Positions 16,919-27,265 of a stretch of DNA of 40,068 nucleotides are shown here, piece after piece. The notes beneath the pieces are model-generated. The model had not been told where the DNA came from. It made no database searches and saw nothing but the letters and a program-made list of their open reading frames with translations. The DNA comes from a virus (taxonomy: Duplodnaviria > Heunggongvirae > Uroviricota > Caudoviricetes). Where the stretch lies: positions 1 through 40,068 of IMG/VR virus record IMGVR_UViG_2778261349_000008, one strand, 5' to 3'. A program made the translations under genes and the position numbers. Each line of letters starts with the position of its first letter. The first letter of the stretch is position 1.

Positions 16919-17352
16919 GCAGAGTAACCGCGATTATCTCCGCTCTGGTTATCTGCATCATCGTCTGCCTGTCATGGGCTGTTAATCATTACCGTGATAA
17001 CGCAATCGCCTACAAAGAGCAGCGCGATAAAGCCACATCCATCATCGCTGACATGCAGAAGCGTCAACGTGATGTAGCAGAACTCGACGCCAGATACACA
17101 AAGGAGCTTGCTGATGCTAACGCGACTATCGAAAGTCTCCGTGCTGATGTTTCTGCTGGTCGTAAGCGCCTGCAAGTCGCCGCCACCTGTGCAAAGTCAA
17201 CGACCGGAGCCAGCAGCATGGGCGATGGAGAAAGCCCAAGACTTACAGCAGATGCTGAACTCAATTATTACCGTCTCCGAAGTGGAATCGACAGGATAAC
17301 CGCGCAGGTTAACTACCTGCAGGAATACATCAGGACGCAATGCCTTCGATGA
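16915..17352 (+). CDS. Rz: Rz i-spanin
   Basis: 145-aa ORF with N-terminal transmembrane segment and coiled-coil periplasmic domain, following the endolysin. Confidence 0.8.
   Translation: MSRVTAIISALVICIIVCLSWAVNHYRDNAIAYKEQRDKATSIIADMQKRQRDVAELDARYTKELADANATIESLRADVSAGRKRLQVAATCAKSTTGASSMGDGESPRLTADAELNYYRLRSGIDRITAQVNYLQEYIRTQCLR
17108..17299 (+). CDS. Rz1: Rz1 o-spanin lipoprotein, embedded in Rz in the +1 frame
   Basis: Lipobox LVVSAC followed by a Pro-rich segment; fully nested in Rz; true start may be an internal Met. Confidence 0.65.
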   Translation: MLMLTRLSKVSVLMFLLVVSACKSPPPVQSQRPEPAAWAMEKAQDLQQMLNSIITVSEVESTG

Positions 17353-17492
17353 TAGCGATAATTTTACTCATCATCCTTCACATCTGGCTCTGTAGGCAGG
17401 GTGGTGAACACTTCTGGAGTGAATCCGGATTAAATATCTCATTGCTGATGCTTGATATTGAGCATCTGGCGCGCGGTAAGGGGCTGCGTTGA
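17349..17492 (+). CDS. Hypothetical small hydrophobic protein (47 aa) coupled to the Rz stop
   Basis: ATG overlaps the Rz stop (ATGA); N-terminal hydrophobic stretch [14 protein letters not shown]; below the ORF-track cut-off. Confidence 0.3.
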   Translation: MIAIILLIILHIWLCRQGGEHFWSESGLNISLLMLDIEHLARGKGLR

Positions 17493-17693
17493 GATAAGAG
17501 CCAGTCATTACAAATACCAGGATTTAGCCTCGCATTCGCGGGGCTTTTTATATCTGAATTTCACAGCGCATCTCACGCGCATATTAACGAGAGCCTTTCA
17601 GTAAGCGAGCCTGAGAAATGCCGTTATAGGTGGCGACCTCTCTCGGGCGGCTTTTCTGTGAGACAGGCTCACTTTCTAAAAGGTAAAGACGCT

Positions 17694-18212
17694 ATGAATC
17701 ATCAATTGGCTAATCTCGATTTCCGGGACATGGTGGTTGTTTCTGGTGATCGCGTGATCACAACCTCCCGCAAGGTAGCAGCTTACTTCGACAAGCAGCA
17801 TCACCACATCATTCAGAAAATCGAAAAGCTAGACTGTTCGGATGAATTTCTAACCAGCAACTTTTCGCGGGTTACCTATGAACACAAGGGTAATCAGTAT
17901 GTTGAATATGAAATTTCCAAAGACGGCGCGATGTACATCATCATGTCGTTTACCGGCAAAAAAGCTGCCGCCATCAAAGAGGCGTTTATCAAAGCATTTA
18001 ATTGGATGCGTGACAGGCTGATGGAGATGGCTCACTCATACCAAAGAGAGCACAACGAGTTAATGCTGGAGTTCATGAAGGAAAAGGATGTTGCCAGTAT
18101 GTCAGGACGCTTGCTGAACCGCTGGGGCAGGATCAAAAAACCGCAACTCATAGCAAGAATCGAAAGGCTTGAGCAGCAGGCGCAAATATCGATCCCCGGA
18201 CTGCCAAAGTGA
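17694..18212 (+). CDS. rha: Rha-family phage regulatory protein
   Basis: Position between the lysis cassette and terminase, as rha in P22; N-terminal DNA-binding-like domain; start taken at the internal ATG (MNHQLANLDF). Confidence 0.6.
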   Translation: MNHQLANLDFRDMVVVSGDRVITTSRKVAAYFDKQHHHIIQKIEKLDCSDEFLTSNFSRVTYEHKGNQYVEYEISKDGAMYIIMSFTGKKAAAIKEAFIKAFNWMRDRLMEMAHSYQREHNELMLEFMKEKDVASMSGRLLNRWGRIKKPQLIARIERLEQQAQISIPGLPK

Positions 18213-18564
18213 CCATTCCAAAGCCCATCTACGGGTGGGCTTGATAATGAAACCGTGATTTACATCCCCACAATCCGGGTATGTAAAAGATAGTTCAGGC
18301 GAGAACAGATTTAACTAAATCTGTGCACCTCCAGTTGCGGCAGTACAGCGAAACAACCCAAGCCAGTAAGTGGGGAAATAACACTGGCAGCCACTGAAAG
18401 ATGAACCTCCTGCCTTATGGCAAAAAAGATTCTTTGTGGTGGCGGACTGATGGAAAGACATCGGTTATTGCAGAGACCATTCAATGAGTGGTCTCGACAA
18501 TGGCTTATACCCTACACGGGATAACTTAACTGATATCCCTTTTAACGGATAAACGGAGCCAACA

Positions 18565-18807
18565 ATGGCAGAGATTATTCCCATGACTGAAGAACAGAAA
18601 TTCCAGCTAGAGATTTACAAACTGGTCATGAACCAGAACGCAGCCGCAGAGGAAGCATTTCAGTTCATTGGCACTGACGAACTGAAGCTTGAGCTATTCA
18701 AAATTCACTTCCAGTCAGGCGGCGCTAATTCAGATATCACGACCCGCACTATCGAAGCGGTGCGCAAATCGAAGGAAGCGTTAGACCTGTTCACCACCGG
18801 AGCATGA
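18565..18807 (+). CDS. Hypothetical protein (80 aa) upstream of terminase
   Basis: ATG with GGAG RBS; no recognisable family. Confidence 0.5.
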   Translation: MAEIIPMTEEQKFQLEIYKLVMNQNAAAEEAFQFIGTDELKLELFKIHFQSGGANSDITTRTIEAVRKSKEALDLFTTGA

Positions 18808-18808
18808 T

Positions 18809-18988
18809 GTGAGCCGCGTAATCAATTTGGGTAAGGAGAAGAAATTCCCAATTACTCAAGAGCTATACGAGCGGCTGGAAAGCGTCATCCATGATTACGA
18901 TGGTGAAATCAGTTTATGCGAGGCGATTGGTACACTCGAATTGCTGAAGCAGTCACTGATTGAAGGCGCGAAAGAGTCCTCAGCCTGA
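18809..18988 (+). CDS. Hypothetical small protein (59 aa)
   Basis: GTG start adjacent to the upstream stop; translation VSRVINLGKEKKFPITQELYERLESVIHDYDGEISLCEAIGTLELLKQSLIEGAKESSA. Confidence 0.35.
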   Translation: MSRVINLGKEKKFPITQELYERLESVIHDYDGEISLCEAIGTLELLKQSLIEGAKESSA

Positions 18989-19011
18989 AATGGCAATTAA
19001 GTGAGATGAAT

Positions 19012-19434
19012 ATGGCGACTGAACCAAAAGCTGGTCGCCCCTCTGATTATATGCCGGAGGTGGCTGACGATATCTGCTCGTTGCTTTCTTCTGGCGAAAG
19101 TTTGCTGAAAGTATGTAAGCGTCCTGGTATGCCGGATAAGTCCACTGTTTTCCGCTGGTTGGCAAAGCATGAGGATTTTCGCGACAAGTACGCGAAGGCA
19201 ACTGAGGCACGAGCTGATTCTATTTTCGAAGAGATATTCGAAATTGCTGACAATGCGATTCCAGATGCTGCTGAGGTGGCAAAGGCAAGACTTCGCGTTG
19301 ATACCCGCAAATGGGCGCTGGCCCGAATGAATCCCCGTAAGTATGGCGACAAGGTAACTAACGAGCTTGTCGGTAAGGACGGCGGCGCAATCCAGATTGA
19401 AACATCACCGATGAGTACTCTATTCGGAAAATGA
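19012..19434 (+). CDS. Terminase small subunit (Sf6 gp1-like)
   Basis: 140-aa protein MATEPKAGRPSDYMPEVADDICSLLSSGESLLKVCKRPGMPDKSTVFRWL... matching Sf6 TerS from memory. Confidence 0.85.
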   Translation: MATEPKAGRPSDYMPEVADDICSLLSSGESLLKVCKRPGMPDKSTVFRWLAKHEDFRDKYAKATEARADSIFEEIFEIADNAIPDAAEVAKARLRVDTRKWALARMNPRKYGDKVTNELVGKDGGAIQIETSPMSTLFGK

Positions 19435-20843
19435 CCTCGATTAATCCTATCTTTGAACCGTTCATTGAGGCGCATCGCTACAAAGTCGCCAAAGGCGGTC
19501 GAGGTAGCGGTAAATCATGGGCAATTGCGAGACTGCTTGTTGAAGCGGCGCGTCGGCAGCCTGTGCGTATTCTCTGCGCTCGTGAACTGCAAAACAGTAT
19601 CAGCGATTCGGTAATCAGGTTACTTGAAGATACCATCGAGCGGGAAGGGTATTCGGCTGAGTTTGAAATTCAGCGTTCAATGATTCGTCATCTCGGAACG
19701 AATGCTGAGTTCATGTTCTACGGCATCAAAAACAACCCGACGAAGATTAAATCGCTCGAAGGCATTGATATCTGCTGGGTGGAAGAAGCGGAAGCGGTAA
19801 CGAAGGAATCGTGGGATATCCTGATTCCAACCATCCGTAAGCCGTTCTCTGAAATATGGGTAAGTTTCAACCCGAAAAACATCCTCGACGATACCTATCA
19901 GCGATTCGTCGTAAATCCTCCCGATGATATTTGTCTGCTGACGGTGAACTACACCGACAACCCGCATTTTCCTGAAGTTCTCCGTCTGGAGATGGAAGAG
20001 TGCAAACGCAGAAATCCGACACTGTATCGTCACATCTGGCTTGGTGAGCCAGTAAGCGCAAGTGATATGGCAATCATCAAACGTGAATGGCTTGAAGCCG
20101 CAACCGATGCGCACAAGAAACTCGGATGGAAAGCGAAAGGCGCTGTTGTTTCTGCACATGACCCGTCAGATACAGGGCCAGATGCTAAAGGTTACGCATC
20201 GCGTCACGGTTCGGTGGTTAAGCGCATTGCCGAAGGTCTGCTGATGGACATCAACGAGGGTGCTGACTGGGCTACTTCGCTGGCGATTGAAGACGGTGCT
20301 GACCATTACCTGTGGGATGGTGATGGTGTTGGTGCCGGGCTACGCAGACAGACAACGGAAGCGTTCTCCGGCAAGAAAATCACCGCCACGATGTTCAAGG
20401 GCAGTGAATCGCCATTCGATGAAGATGCGCCGTATCAGGCCGGAGCATGGGCTGATGAAGTCGTACAGGGTGACAACGTTCGCACTATTGGCGATGTGTT
20501 CCGCAATAAGCGAGCACAATTCTATTACGCGCTGGCTGACAGGCTGTATCTGACATATCGGGCGGTTGCCCACGGTGAGTATGCAGACCCCGACGACATG
20601 CTGAGTTTCGACAAAGAAGCGATAGGCGAGAAGATGCTGGAGAAGCTGTTTGCAGAACTGACGCAGATTCAGCGCAAATTCAATAACAACGGGAAGCTGG
20701 AGCTTATGACTAAGGTCGAAATGAAGCAGAAGCTCGGTATCCAATCACCTAACCTGGCTGATGCGCTGATGATGTGTATGCATTGCCCGGCATTGGTCCG
20801 CGAAGAAACAGAAATATACGTTCCCTCATCCTCCGGTTGGTAA
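19431..20843 (+). CDS. Terminase large subunit
   Basis: 470-aa ORF with Walker A KGGRGSGKS and a C-terminal nuclease-like region; overlaps the TerS stop. Confidence 0.9.
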   Translation: MTSINPIFEPFIEAHRYKVAKGGRGSGKSWAIARLLVEAARRQPVRILCARELQNSISDSVIRLLEDTIEREGYSAEFEIQRSMIRHLGTNAEFMFYGIKNNPTKIKSLEGIDICWVEEAEAVTKESWDILIPTIRKPFSEIWVSFNPKNILDDTYQRFVVNPPDDICLLTVNYTDNPHFPEVLRLEMEECKRRNPTLYRHIWLGEPVSASDMAIIKREWLEAATDAHKKLGWKAKGAVVSAHDPSDTGPDAKGYASRHGSVVKRIAEGLLMDINEGADWATSLAIEDGADHYLWDGDGVGAGLRRQTTEAFSGKKITATMFKGSESPFDEDAPYQAGAWADEVVQGDNVRTIGDVFRNKRAQFYYALADRLYLTYRAVAHGEYADPDDMLSFDKEAIGEKMLEKLFAELTQIQRKFNNNGKLELMTKVEMKQKLGIQSPNLADALMMCMHCPALVREETEIYVPSSSGW

Positions 20844-20845
20844 AC

Positions 20846-22972
20846 ATGGCAGAGACATTAGAGAAAAAACATGAGCGGATCATGCTCAGGTTTGACCGCG
20901 CCTATTCTCCACAGCAGGAAGTGCGCGAAAAGTGCATTGAAGCTACGAGGTTTGCTCGTGTCCCCGGAGGTCAATGGGAAGGAGCAACGGCGGCTGGGAC
21001 TAAGCTTGATGAGCAGTTCGAGAAGTATCCTAAGTTTGAAATCAATAAGGTAGCAACTGAACTTAACCGCATCATTGCAGAATACCGCAATAACAGAATC
21101 ACCGTTAAGTTTCGTCCTGGTGACAGAGAGGCAAGCGAAGAGTTAGCCAATAAATTAAATGGTCTGTTCCGTGCTGACTACGAAGAAACTGATGGCGGTG
21201 AGGCTTGCGATAATGCATTTGACGACGCTGCTACTGGTGGTTTCGGTTGCTTCCGTTTGACGTCGATGCTGGTCAATGAATACGACCCCATGGACGATCG
21301 TCAGCGCATTGCTATTGAACCAATATACGACCCGTCGCGCTCTGTGTGGTTTGACCCTGACGCTAAGAAGTACGACAAATCTGACGCGTTGTGGGCGTTC
21401 TGCATGTATTCGTTGTCACCTGAAAAATATGAGGCTGAATACGGAAAGAAACCTCCTGCTTCTCTGGATGTAACGTCTATGACCAGTTGGGAATATGACT
21501 GGTTTGATGCAGATGTTATTTACATAGCGAAGTATTACGAAGTTCGTAAAGAGTCTGTTGACGTCATCAGTTATCGACATCCAATCACTGGAGAGATTGC
21601 AACATACGACAGTGATCAGGTTGAAGATATTGAAGATGAACTGGCAATAGCTGGATTTCATGAAGTGGCAAGGCGCTCAGTGAAGCGCCGTCGTGTGTAT
21701 GTATCCGTAGTGGATGGTGATGGTTTCCTTGAGAAACCTCGACGTATTCCTGGTGAGCATATCCCCCTCATCCCGGTTTATGGAAAACGCTGGTTCATTG
21801 ATGACATTGAGCGTGTCGAAGGACATATTGCAAAAGCAATGGATCCACAGCGTTTGTATAACCTTCAGGTATCAATGCTGGCTGATACTGCAGCGCAAGA
21901 CCCCGGTCAGATCCCTATAGTTGGCATGGAGCAAATTCGTGGACTTGAGAAGCACTGGGAGGCTCGTAACAAGAAACGCCCAGCGTTCTTGCCGTTGCGC
22001 GAAGTGAGAGATAAATCTGGCAACATTATCGCTGGAGCTACCCCGGCAGGATATACACAGCCTGCGGTTATGAATCAGGCATTGGCTGCATTACTACAGC
22101 AAACCAGTGCTGATATTCAGGAGGTTACAGGTGGCAGTCAGGCCATGCAGCAGATGCCAAGTAATATTGCTCAGGAAACGGTTAACAACTTGATGAACAG
22201 AGCAGATATGGCTTCGTTTATCTATCTGGACAATATGGCGAAAAGTCTTAAACGCGCTGGTGAAGTATGGCTGTCAATGGCGCGTGAAGTGTACGGTTCA
22301 GAGCGTGAAGTGCGCATAGTTAACGAAGATGGAAGTGATGATATCGCTGTCCTGAGCGCACAGGTTGTTGACAGGCAAACAGGGGCTGTTGTTGCGTTAA
22401 ATGACCTTTCTGTCGGTCGATACGATGTGACGGTTGATGTTGGACCAAGCTACACAGCACGACGTGATGCAACGGTTTCTGTACTGACAAATGTCCTTAG
22501 CTCTATGCTTCCAACAGACCCAATGCGCCCGGCAATTCAGGGTATTATTCTGGACAATATCGATGGCGAAGGCCTTGATGACTTCAAAGAGTACAACCGA
22601 AACCAACTGCTGATATCTGGTATTGCAAAACCACGCAATGAGAAAGAGCAGCAGATTGTTCAACAGGCGCAAATGGCAGCACAAAGCCAGCCAAATCCTG
22701 AAATGGTTCTCGCTCAGGCGCAAATGGTAGCAGCGCAGGCAGAAGCGCAAAAAGCAACTAACGAAACCGCTCAAACTCAAATCAAAGCATTTACTGCCCA
22801 GCAGGATGCGATGGAGAGTCAGGCAAACACTGTCTATAAACTGGCTCAAGCCAGAAACATCGATGACAAAGCAGTGATGGAGGCAATACGCCTTCTGAAA
22901 GATGTCGCCGAGTCACAACAACAGCAATTCCAGTCACCACCACAGTCACCGGCAGACTTAATGCCGAGTTAA
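20846..22972 (+). CDS. Portal protein (P22 gp1-like)
   Basis: 708-aa protein starting MAETLEKKHERIMLRFDRAYSPQQEVREKCIEATRF... directly after the terminase; the upstream part of ORF 20774-22972 overlaps the terminase and is not coding. Confidence 0.9.
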   Translation: MAETLEKKHERIMLRFDRAYSPQQEVREKCIEATRFARVPGGQWEGATAAGTKLDEQFEKYPKFEINKVATELNRIIAEYRNNRITVKFRPGDREASEELANKLNGLFRADYEETDGGEACDNAFDDAATGGFGCFRLTSMLVNEYDPMDDRQRIAIEPIYDPSRSVWFDPDAKKYDKSDALWAFCMYSLSPEKYEAEYGKKPPASLDVTSMTSWEYDWFDADVIYIAKYYEVRKESVDVISYRHPITGEIATYDSDQVEDIEDELAIAGFHEVARRSVKRRRVYVSVVDGDGFLEKPRRIPGEHIPLIPVYGKRWFIDDIERVEGHIAKAMDPQRLYNLQVSMLADTAAQDPGQIPIVGMEQIRGLEKHWEARNKKRPAFLPLREVRDKSGNIIAGATPAGYTQPAVMNQALAALLQQTSADIQEVTGGSQAMQQMPSNIAQETVNNLMNRADMASFIYLDNMAKSLKRAGEVWLSMAREVYGSEREVRIVNEDGSDDIAVLSAQVVDRQTGAVVALNDLSVGRYDVTVDVGPSYTARRDATVSVLTNVLSSMLPTDPMRPAIQGIILDNIDGEGLDDFKEYNRNQLLISGIAKPRNEKEQQIVQQAQMAAQSQPNPEMVLAQAQMVAAQAEAQKATNETAQTQIKAFTAQQDAMESQANTVYKLAQARNIDDKAVMEAIRLLKDVAESQQQQFQSPPQSPADLMPS

Positions 22973-22985
22973 CCAGGAGTAATCA

Positions 22986-23870
22986 ATGGAAAACGAACTG
23001 ATCATCGACGGTCAGGTTATTGACCTGTCTGAAACACAGGAAAATGCAGAAGAAACCATCATCCAAACAGAGTCACATCCTGAGAATGAAAGCCAGGATG
23101 ACAACGGAAAAGAGATGGCAACTGATCCTGAAAAAACCGAAGAGACACCAGAAGATTACGCCTTGCGTATTGGTGATGAAGAAATTCAGCTTAACGCTGA
23201 CGATGATGATCACATTGACGGGCAGCCTGCACCGCAATGGGTGAAAGATCTTCGCAAAGGCTTCAAAGAAACACAGAAAGAAAACCGTGAGTTGCGCCGC
23301 CAGCTTGAGGAAGCATTAGCCAAGCCTGCGGAACATCAGCAACCACAACCAGACGCTATTCCACCAAAACCGACTCTTGAGTCGTGTGATTATGACGAAC
23401 AGGCGTTTGAACAGGCATTGACTGATTGGCATGAGAAAAAAGGCCGTGTCGAACAGCAGCAGCAACAAAAACTACGTCAGCAACAGGAATACCAACAGCG
23501 TTTCCAGCAAAGGGTAGAAGCGCATAAACAACGGGCAGCCAAACTTCCTGTGAAAGATTATCAGGAAATGGAGGCCATTGTTCTTAGTGAGCTACCACCA
23601 ATTCAGCAGGAAATCATCATTCACTGTGCAGACGAAGGCTCTGAACTACTCGCCTATGGCTTAGGTAAGAGCCAGCAATTACGCCAGCGTGTAGCCGCTG
23701 AGACAGATCCAATTCGCGCAGCATTCCTCTTGGGGCAGATTAGCAAACAGGTAAGCCTTGCTCCAAAACCAAAGAAAGCCATCAAGCCAGAGCCGGAAGT
23801 ACGTGGTGGCGGTGCTGATGCGAAACAAGACGAATTCAACAAATTATGCCCCGGCGCAAAAATCGAATAA
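22986..23870 (+). CDS. Scaffolding protein (P22 gp8-like)
   Basis: 294-aa acidic, Q/E-rich coiled-coil protein between portal and coat. Confidence 0.8.
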   Translation: MENELIIDGQVIDLSETQENAEETIIQTESHPENESQDDNGKEMATDPEKTEETPEDYALRIGDEEIQLNADDDDHIDGQPAPQWVKDLRKGFKETQKENRELRRQLEEALAKPAEHQQPQPDAIPPKPTLESCDYDEQAFEQALTDWHEKKGRVEQQQQQKLRQQQEYQQRFQQRVEAHKQRAAKLPVKDYQEMEAIVLSELPPIQQEIIIHCADEGSELLAYGLGKSQQLRQRVAAETDPIRAAFLLGQISKQVSLAPKPKKAIKPEPEVRGGGADAKQDEFNKLCPGAKIE

Positions 23871-23881
23871 GGAAAAGATAA

Positions 23882-25153
23882 ATGCTTAACAATCTCGACA
23901 GTAACGTCAGTCAAATCGTTCTGAAAAAATTCCTTCCGGGTTTTATGTCAGATTTAGTTCTGGCGAAAACCGTAGACCGTCAGTTGCTGGCAGGTGAAAT
24001 CAACTCCAGCACTGGCGATAGCGTTAGCTTTAAACGTCCGCATCAATTCTCATCCCTCCGTACTCCCACTGGTGATATTTCAGGGCAAAATAAAAACAAC
24101 CTGATCTCAGGTAAAGCTACGGGGCGTGTAGGTAACTACATCACTGTTGCTGTTGAATATCAGCAACTGGAGGAAGCGATCAAGCTTAACCAACTGGAAG
24201 AAATTCTCGCGCCGGTTCGCCAGCGAATCGTTACCGACCTTGAAACAGAGCTTGCTCACTTCATGATGAATAACGGTGCGTTGTCACTTGGTAGCCCCAA
24301 TACTCCAATCACCAAATGGTCTGATGTTGCGCAGACGGCATCTTTCCTGAAAGACCTCGGCGTTAATGAAGGTGAAAACTATGCTGTAATGGATCCATGG
24401 TCTGCACAGCGACTTGCTGATGCGCAGACTGGTTTGCACGCTTCAGATCAATTGGTTCGTACTGCATGGGAGAATGCGCAGATCCCAACCAATTTTGGCG
24501 GCATTCGCGCACTGATGTCTAATGGGCTTGCCTCTCGTACGCAGGGGGCATTTGGCGGAACACTGACAGTCAAAACACAGCCAACTGTTACCTATAACGC
24601 AGTTAAAGACTCATACCAGTTCACTGTAACATTGACCGGGGCGACAGCCAGCGTTACAGGTTTCCTGAAAGCTGGTGATCAGGTTAAATTCACCAATACC
24701 TACTGGCTGCAACAGCAGACCAAACAGGCGTTGTATAACGGAGCCACACCAATTAGCTTCACAGCAACGGTTACTGCTGATGCTGATTCAGACAGCAGTG
24801 GCGATGTGACGGTTACGCTTTCTGGTGTTCCGATTTATGACACTACAAACCCGCAGTACAACTCTGTAAGTCGTCAGGTAGCGGCAGGCGATGCCGTATC
24901 TGTGGTAGGCACTGCTAGCCAGACAATGAAGCCAAACCTGTTCTATAACAAGTTCTTCTGTGGACTTGGCTCTATCCCACTGCCGAAACTGCACAGTATT
25001 GATTCTGCTGTTGCAACATATGAAGGTTTCTCCATCCGCGTACATAAATACGCAGATGGCGATGCCAACGTGCAAAAAATGCGCTTTGACTTACTGCCTG
25101 CATATGTGTGCTTTAACCCTCACATGGGCGGTCAGTTCTTCGGTAATCCGTAA
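23882..25153 (+). CDS. Major coat protein (P22 gp5-like)
   Basis: 423-aa ORF in the canonical position, followed by a strong terminator. Confidence 0.85.
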   Translation: MLNNLDSNVSQIVLKKFLPGFMSDLVLAKTVDRQLLAGEINSSTGDSVSFKRPHQFSSLRTPTGDISGQNKNNLISGKATGRVGNYITVAVEYQQLEEAIKLNQLEEILAPVRQRIVTDLETELAHFMMNNGALSLGSPNTPITKWSDVAQTASFLKDLGVNEGENYAVMDPWSAQRLADAQTGLHASDQLVRTAWENAQIPTNFGGIRALMSNGLASRTQGAFGGTLTVKTQPTVTYNAVKDSYQFTVTLTGATASVTGFLKAGDQVKFTNTYWLQQQTKQALYNGATPISFTATVTADADSDSSGDVTVTLSGVPIYDTTNPQYNSVSRQVAAGDAVSVVGTASQTMKPNLFYNKFFCGLGSIPLPKLHSIDSAVATYEGFSIRVHKYADGDANVQKMRFDLLPAYVCFNPHMGGQFFGNP

Positions 25154-25157
25154 TAAC

Positions 25158-25185
25158 AAGGGGCTTACGCCCCTTTTATGTTTTA
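25158..25185 (+). terminator. Rho-independent terminator after the coat gene
   Basis: AAGGGGC-ttac-GCCCCTT stem followed by TTATGTTTT. Confidence 0.7.
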
Positions 25186-25195
25186 AGGAAAAAAT

Positions 25196-25381
25196 ATGGA
25201 TCGCATGAGTGTATTCCTTGCCGCAGATAACGAATCCTGGCATGTACAGGCCGTTATCGCAGAAAAAGACTTCCAGTTTTTCGAAAAGTTGGGCTTTGTT
25301 GCCTCAGTTGATGAATTGAAACCGACCAGTAAGCGAGGTCGTAAGGCGGCAGACAATGGCAACAGTACTGACAAAGGGTGA
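25196..25381 (+). CDS. Hypothetical small protein (61 aa) between coat and gp4-like gene
   Basis: ATG with AAGGA RBS immediately after the terminator; overlaps the next gene start by about 26 nt. Confidence 0.4.
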   Translation: MDRMSVFLAADNESWHVQAVIAEKDFQFFEKLGFVASVDELKPTSKRGRKAADNGNSTDKG

Positions 25382-25838
25382 GATCGTCCTTTTTGCGCTT
25401 CGTAAGTTTGCTATTGCTTCTAATGCATCGCTGACTGATGTTGAGCCGCAATCAATTGAAGATGGTGTAAATGATCTGGAAGATATGATGTCCGAGTGGA
25501 TGATTAACCCCGGCGACATTGGTTACGCTTTCTCAACTGGAGATGAGCAGCCATTACCAGATGATGAGTCAGGTCTTCCAAGAAAATACAAACACGCAGT
25601 AGGCTATCAGTTATTGCTGAGAATGCTATCTGATTACAGCCTTGAACCAACTCCGCAAGTTCTCAGTAACGCCCAACGCTCATATGATGCCTTGATGACC
25701 GACACTCTGGTTGTTCCTTCAATGCGACGACGTGGAGATTTTCCTGTAGGACAGGGTAATAAATATGACGTGTTCACATCTGACCGATATTATCCAGGCG
25801 ATCTCCCTCTGATTGATGGCGATATCCCAAACGCATAG
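25356..25838 (+). CDS. Head completion / tail accessory factor (P22 gp4-like)
   Basis: 160-aa ORF with ALRKFAIASNASLTDVEPQSIEDGVNDLEDMMSEW resembling P22 gp4. Confidence 0.8.
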   Translation: MATVLTKGEIVLFALRKFAIASNASLTDVEPQSIEDGVNDLEDMMSEWMINPGDIGYAFSTGDEQPLPDDESGLPRKYKHAVGYQLLLRMLSDYSLEPTPQVLSNAQRSYDALMTDTLVVPSMRRRGDFPVGQGNKYDVFTSDRYYPGDLPLIDGDIPNA

Positions 25839-25846
25839 GTGAATAA

Positions 25847-27265
25847 ATGCCTATTCAGCAACTTCCGCTTATGAAAGGTGTCGGCAAAGACTTCAGAAAC
25901 GCCGACTATATCGACTATCTGCCAGTGAATATGTTGGCTACACCCAAAGAAATCCTGAACAGCAGCGGATATCTTCGCTCATTTCCGGGCATTGCCAAAC
26001 GCTCTGATGTGAACGGTGTATCTCGCGGCGTTGAGTACAACATGGCGCAGAATGCTGTTTATCGCGTATGTGGTGGCAAGCTGTATAAGGGCGAAAGTGA
26101 AGTCGGTGACGTCGCCGGAAGTGGTCGCGTATCAATGGCGCATGGTCGAACATCTCAGGCGGTAGGCGTTAATGGTCAACTGGTCGAGTATCGCTATGAT
26201 GGCACGGTTAAAACAGTCTCAAACTGGCCTACAGACAGCGGATTCACGCAGTATGAGTTAGGTTCAGTCCGCGACATTACGCGCTTACGTGGGCGTTATG
26301 CGTGGTCAAAAGACGGCACTGATTCATGGTTTATCACTGACCTTGAAGACGAATCACATCCTGACCGATACAGCGCACAATATCGCGCAGAGTCGCAGCC
26401 TGACGGCATCATCGGCATAGGTACATGGCGAGACTTCATAGTCTGCTTTGGTTCATCGACTATTGAATATTTCTCCCTGACTGGCGCAACCACCGTTGGT
26501 GCTGCTTTGTATGTCGCACAGCCATCACTGATGGTGCAAAAAGGCATCGCCGGGACTTACTGCAAAACGCCGTTTGCTGATTCTTATGCATTCATCAGCA
26601 ATCCGGCAACAGGTGCGCCGTCTGTATACATCATCGGCTCCGGTCAGGTGTCACCAATCGCCAGCGCGAGCATTGAGAAAATCCTCCGTTCCTACACTGC
26701 TGATGAACTGGCTGATGGCGTGATGGAATCGCTGCGATTTGATGCGCATGAGCTGCTGATTATCCATCTTCCGCGCCATGTCCTCGTATACGACGCATCT
26801 TCAAGTGCCAATGGTCCGCAATGGTGTGTACTGAAAACAGGCCTGTATGACGATGTGTACCGCGCTATCGACTTCATTTACGAAGGCAATCAAATAACGT
26901 GCGGCGATAAGCTGGAGTCCGTGACCGGGAAATTGCAATTCGATATCAGCAGCCAGTACGACAAGCAACAGGAACACCTGCTGTTTACTCCGTTGTTCAA
27001 AGCGGATAACGCCAGAGTTTTCGACCTTGAAGTTGAATCTTCAACTGGCGTTGCGCAGTATGCTGACCGCCTGTTCCTCTCTGCAACCACTGACGGCATA
27101 AATTACGGTCGTGAGCAGATGATTGAGCAGAATGAACCGTTCGTTTACGACAAGCGCGTTTTGTGGAAGCGTGTCGGGCGAATCAGGAAAAATGTTGGCT
27201 TCAAATTGCGCGTTATCACGAAGTCACCTGTCACTCTGTCTGGCTGCCAGATAAGGATTGAGTAA
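25847..27265 (+). CDS. Tail accessory factor / packaged-DNA stabilisation protein (P22 gp10-like)
   Basis: 472-aa ORF, same length and position as P22 gp10. Confidence 0.8.
   Translation: MPIQQLPLMKGVGKDFRNADYIDYLPVNMLATPKEILNSSGYLRSFPGIAKRSDVNGVSRGVEYNMAQNAVYRVCGGKLYKGESEVGDVAGSGRVSMAHGRTSQAVGVNGQLVEYRYDGTVKTVSNWPTDSGFTQYELGSVRDITRLRGRYAWSKDGTDSWFITDLEDESHPDRYSAQYRAESQPDGIIGIGTWRDFIVCFGSSTIEYFSLTGATTVGAALYVAQPSLMVQKGIAGTYCKTPFADSYAFISNPATGAPSVYIIGSGQVSPIASASIEKILRSYTADELADGVMESLRFDAHELLIIHLPRHVLVYDASSSANGPQWCVLKTGLYDDVYRAIDFIYEGNQITCGDKLESVTGKLQFDISSQYDKQQEHLLFTPLFKADNARVFDLEVESSTGVAQYADRLFLSATTDGINYGREQMIEQNEPFVYDKRVLWKRVGRIRKNVGFKLRVITKSPVTLSGCQIRIE

Noticed and set aside
16972-17264. ORFs 16972-17175 (-) and 17064-17264 (-)
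   Set aside because: Antisense within Rz/Rz1
19047-20744. ORFs 19047-19475 (-), 19677-20159 (-), 19867-20073 (-), 20062-20244 (+), 20260-20553 (+) and 20340-20744 (-)
   Set aside because: Antisense or alternative-frame ORFs within the terminase genes
20774-20845. N-terminal extension of the portal ORF (listed start 20774)
   Set aside because: It overlaps the terminase large subunit; the portal starts at the ATG just after the terminase stop
21276-22849. Short ORFs inside the portal gene, including 22397-22849 (-)
   Set aside because: Alternative-frame or antisense ORFs in a well-supported structural gene
23020-25519. ORFs 23020-23244 (+), 23654-23914 (-), 24788-25075 (-), 24960-25208 (+), 25183-25374 (-), 25254-25451 (-) and 25304-25519 (-)
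   Set aside because: They overlap the scaffold, coat or gp4-like genes in other frames with no independent support
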